Source: Vitrella brassicaformis CCMP3155 (Eukaryota > Protista > Chromerida). Taken from it: a stretch of DNA of 64,000 nucleotides. Every line of letters begins with the position of its first letter. Within the stretch, counting starts at the first letter, position 1. A model generated the notes under the pieces. The model was not told the origin of the DNA. It worked only from the letters and a program-made list of their open reading frames with translations, and did no database searches. The DNA lies in contig CDMY01000395.1 of NCBI GenBank assembly GCA_001179505.1, positions 62,001 to 126,000 on the forward strand, read 5' to 3'. Below, piece by piece: positions 62,222-64,000 of this stretch. Position numbers and translations under genes: made by a program.

Positions 62222-64000
62222 ATGGCATCGCACACATGGCAACCGAGACTAGCACTGCTGGCCCTTCTCGGCATCAGCGCGGCCCTTGCTGGGCAGATCA
62301 GAGTCCTGGAGCCCCCTGATCTCGTCAAGCAGTTCCCGGGCGGCGTCATCGAGGGCAGCACCGCCGCGTTCGGCACACCGGTAAGCGCACGGGAGCGGCA
62401 GGAAGATGCACACATGAGACGGAGAGCAGAGGCAAACGAGACACGCATGAGGATGCCAATCGGGCTTTGTGTGTCTTGCTTTTCGGCTGTCAGTACTACG
62501 GTGAGAGGGTGACTGGTCGTCTGGTTTTTGGCGAGAGTCAGCAGGGCGAGCTTCACTGCCGCAAAGAGGACTACGAGGTGCCGCCCCCCATGATGCCCGA
62601 GTTGCCCAACATCGTGTTGGTGCGGCGGGGCCAATGCAACTTCGTTACCAAGGTGCGAGTGGCGCAGGAGTTTAAGTACGCGAAAGCAGTCATCGTGGCC
62701 GACACCGCAAAGGCCAACCGCACCACCACGCAGATCAAACGCATCATCATGGCCGATGGTCAGCGAAGACTCACAGACAGACAGACAGACAGGGAGGGAG
62801 GGAGGGGCAGTGGGTGCATTTGTGTGTGTGTGGTGTTATGTGTGATCATGTCCGTCAGATGGTTGGGGCGAGACGGTGACCATTCCGTCCATTCTGATCA
62901 CCGACAGGGCGGCCGAGAAGATCCTGGACGTGATCCTCCCTCCCGTCAATGAAACCGTCATCATCGAGCTCTCATGGGACATCCCTGTGGTGGGAAGGAG
63001 AACACGAGAAGCCTCACACGGGAAGCGGCCAGTCTGCGTGGCTGCCTTGTGTGTGTTCGTCTGTCCTCAGGACGAGACCGTGTTGATGGACTTCTGGCTG
63101 ACCCCTGCTGTCGAGAAGAGCGTCCAGTTCCTCCAGGAGTACTCCAAATACGCACGACAACTGCAGCACAGGGTAGCCAGCCGCCCTACCAACTCACACA
63201 GACACACAGCGCACCCTTCGTCTCCTTTTCCTTCCCCTGTTAAATTATGTCAGCTGGACTTCCGCCCTCACTACTGGATCTTCTCTCTCCCGAAGGACTA
63301 CAAGGAGCTCTGCACCGACGAGGAGGCCAAGTACTGCGCACTGGACCCAGACTTCGCCGGCTCCGTCACGGGCAAAATGATCGTCGAGGAATCACTGCGG
63401 TGAGACAGAATCACACACATATGGACGTGCACATGGTTGGTGTGACCTTCACCTGTGTGTGTGTGTGTGTGTGCGTGTGGTTGCAGTCAACTGTGTCTGT
63501 GGGACACGACGGCCACTCGTGTGAAAGGAGATGAGGACCGCAGCGGCAAATACTCGGAGCTCTGGTGGAAGTACGTCGAGAGGTTCCCTGAAGCGTACGC
63601 TCGCACGCGCGCACACCAACACGCAGACCCAGACAGAACACGCGCACATCGCCTTCTCTCTCTCTGTGGTGTCAGGTGCAAGACTGACATGTCGGATGAG
63701 AGCACCAGCGACGACAGGAACACCACCCAGTTCGGGCAGGCCTGCTCATACAAGCTCATGAAGGACGTGGGTGCCGACATCGGCCGGGTGCAGAATTGCG
63801 TCGACAAGAGGTCCAAGGAGCTGCTGGACCTGCAGCGGCAGACGCACGCGTGGAGCCCCACCGCCATGCGCATCAACGAGATGAGGTACAGCGGCCCGCT
63901 TGACCCCGAGATCGTCACCAAGGCCGTCTGCTCGGCCTTCAAAGACCCACCACAGGTGCGTGAGATGTGAAGGCACATGAGGCAGACGGGGAGCAGTGGG
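62222..64000 (+). CDS. Vacuolar sorting receptor (VSR/BP-80)-like protein with a PA domain; runs off the right edge
   Basis: Signal peptide; AAFGTP|YYG; PA domain IVLVRRGQCNFVTKVRVAQ...AVIVAD...TIPSILI; YCALDPD...GKMIVEESLR|QLCLW; WWKYV; RINEMRYSGPLDPEIVTKAVCSAFKDPP. Confidence 0.9.

Noticed and set aside
1-64000. Prokaryotic features (operons, Shine-Dalgarno sites, rho-independent terminators) and a spliced-leader gene
   Set aside because: All genes are spliceosomal-intron-containing or eukaryotic family members, and no SL-like repeat was recognised.

Overview
Intron-rich eukaryotic nuclear DNA: GC-rich exons are split by short (~60-130 nt) GT-AG introns full of (AC)n/(GT)n, (GACA)n/(TCTG)n and (GGAT)n repeats. 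The gene content (OHP2-type light-harvesting-like protein with a signal peptide, plant-type vacuolar sorting receptor, flagellar/basal-body proteins, lineage-expanded ankyrin-like family) fits a photosynthetic alveolate, probably the chromerid Vitrella brassicaformis. That assignment is inferred from recalled sequence style, not from a search. Hand splicing gives about 24 loci, many in head-to-head pairs: LRRCC1/VFL1-like, FtsJ-fold methyltransferase-like, N-terminally truncated Miro, kinesin-3-like, LMF2, two RING-HC E3s, OHP2, EI24-like, TPH-like coiled coil, minimal Sin3, VSR, a CCCH zinc-finger protein, several orphans and several decayed genes. The best candidate for an undescribed system is a dispersed three-member family (13.2-15.8, 18.4-20.6, 60.0-61.9 kb). 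Each member has an F-box-like N-terminus, an LRR-like body and a conserved C-terminal PCNA-interacting (PIP) motif Q(RK/KR)ITDYF; one member has a full PIP-degron. No rRNA, tRNA, CRISPR array or recognisable transposon ORF was seen. All exon boundaries and family calls come from manual reading and remembered motifs and need HMM and RNA-seq confirmation.
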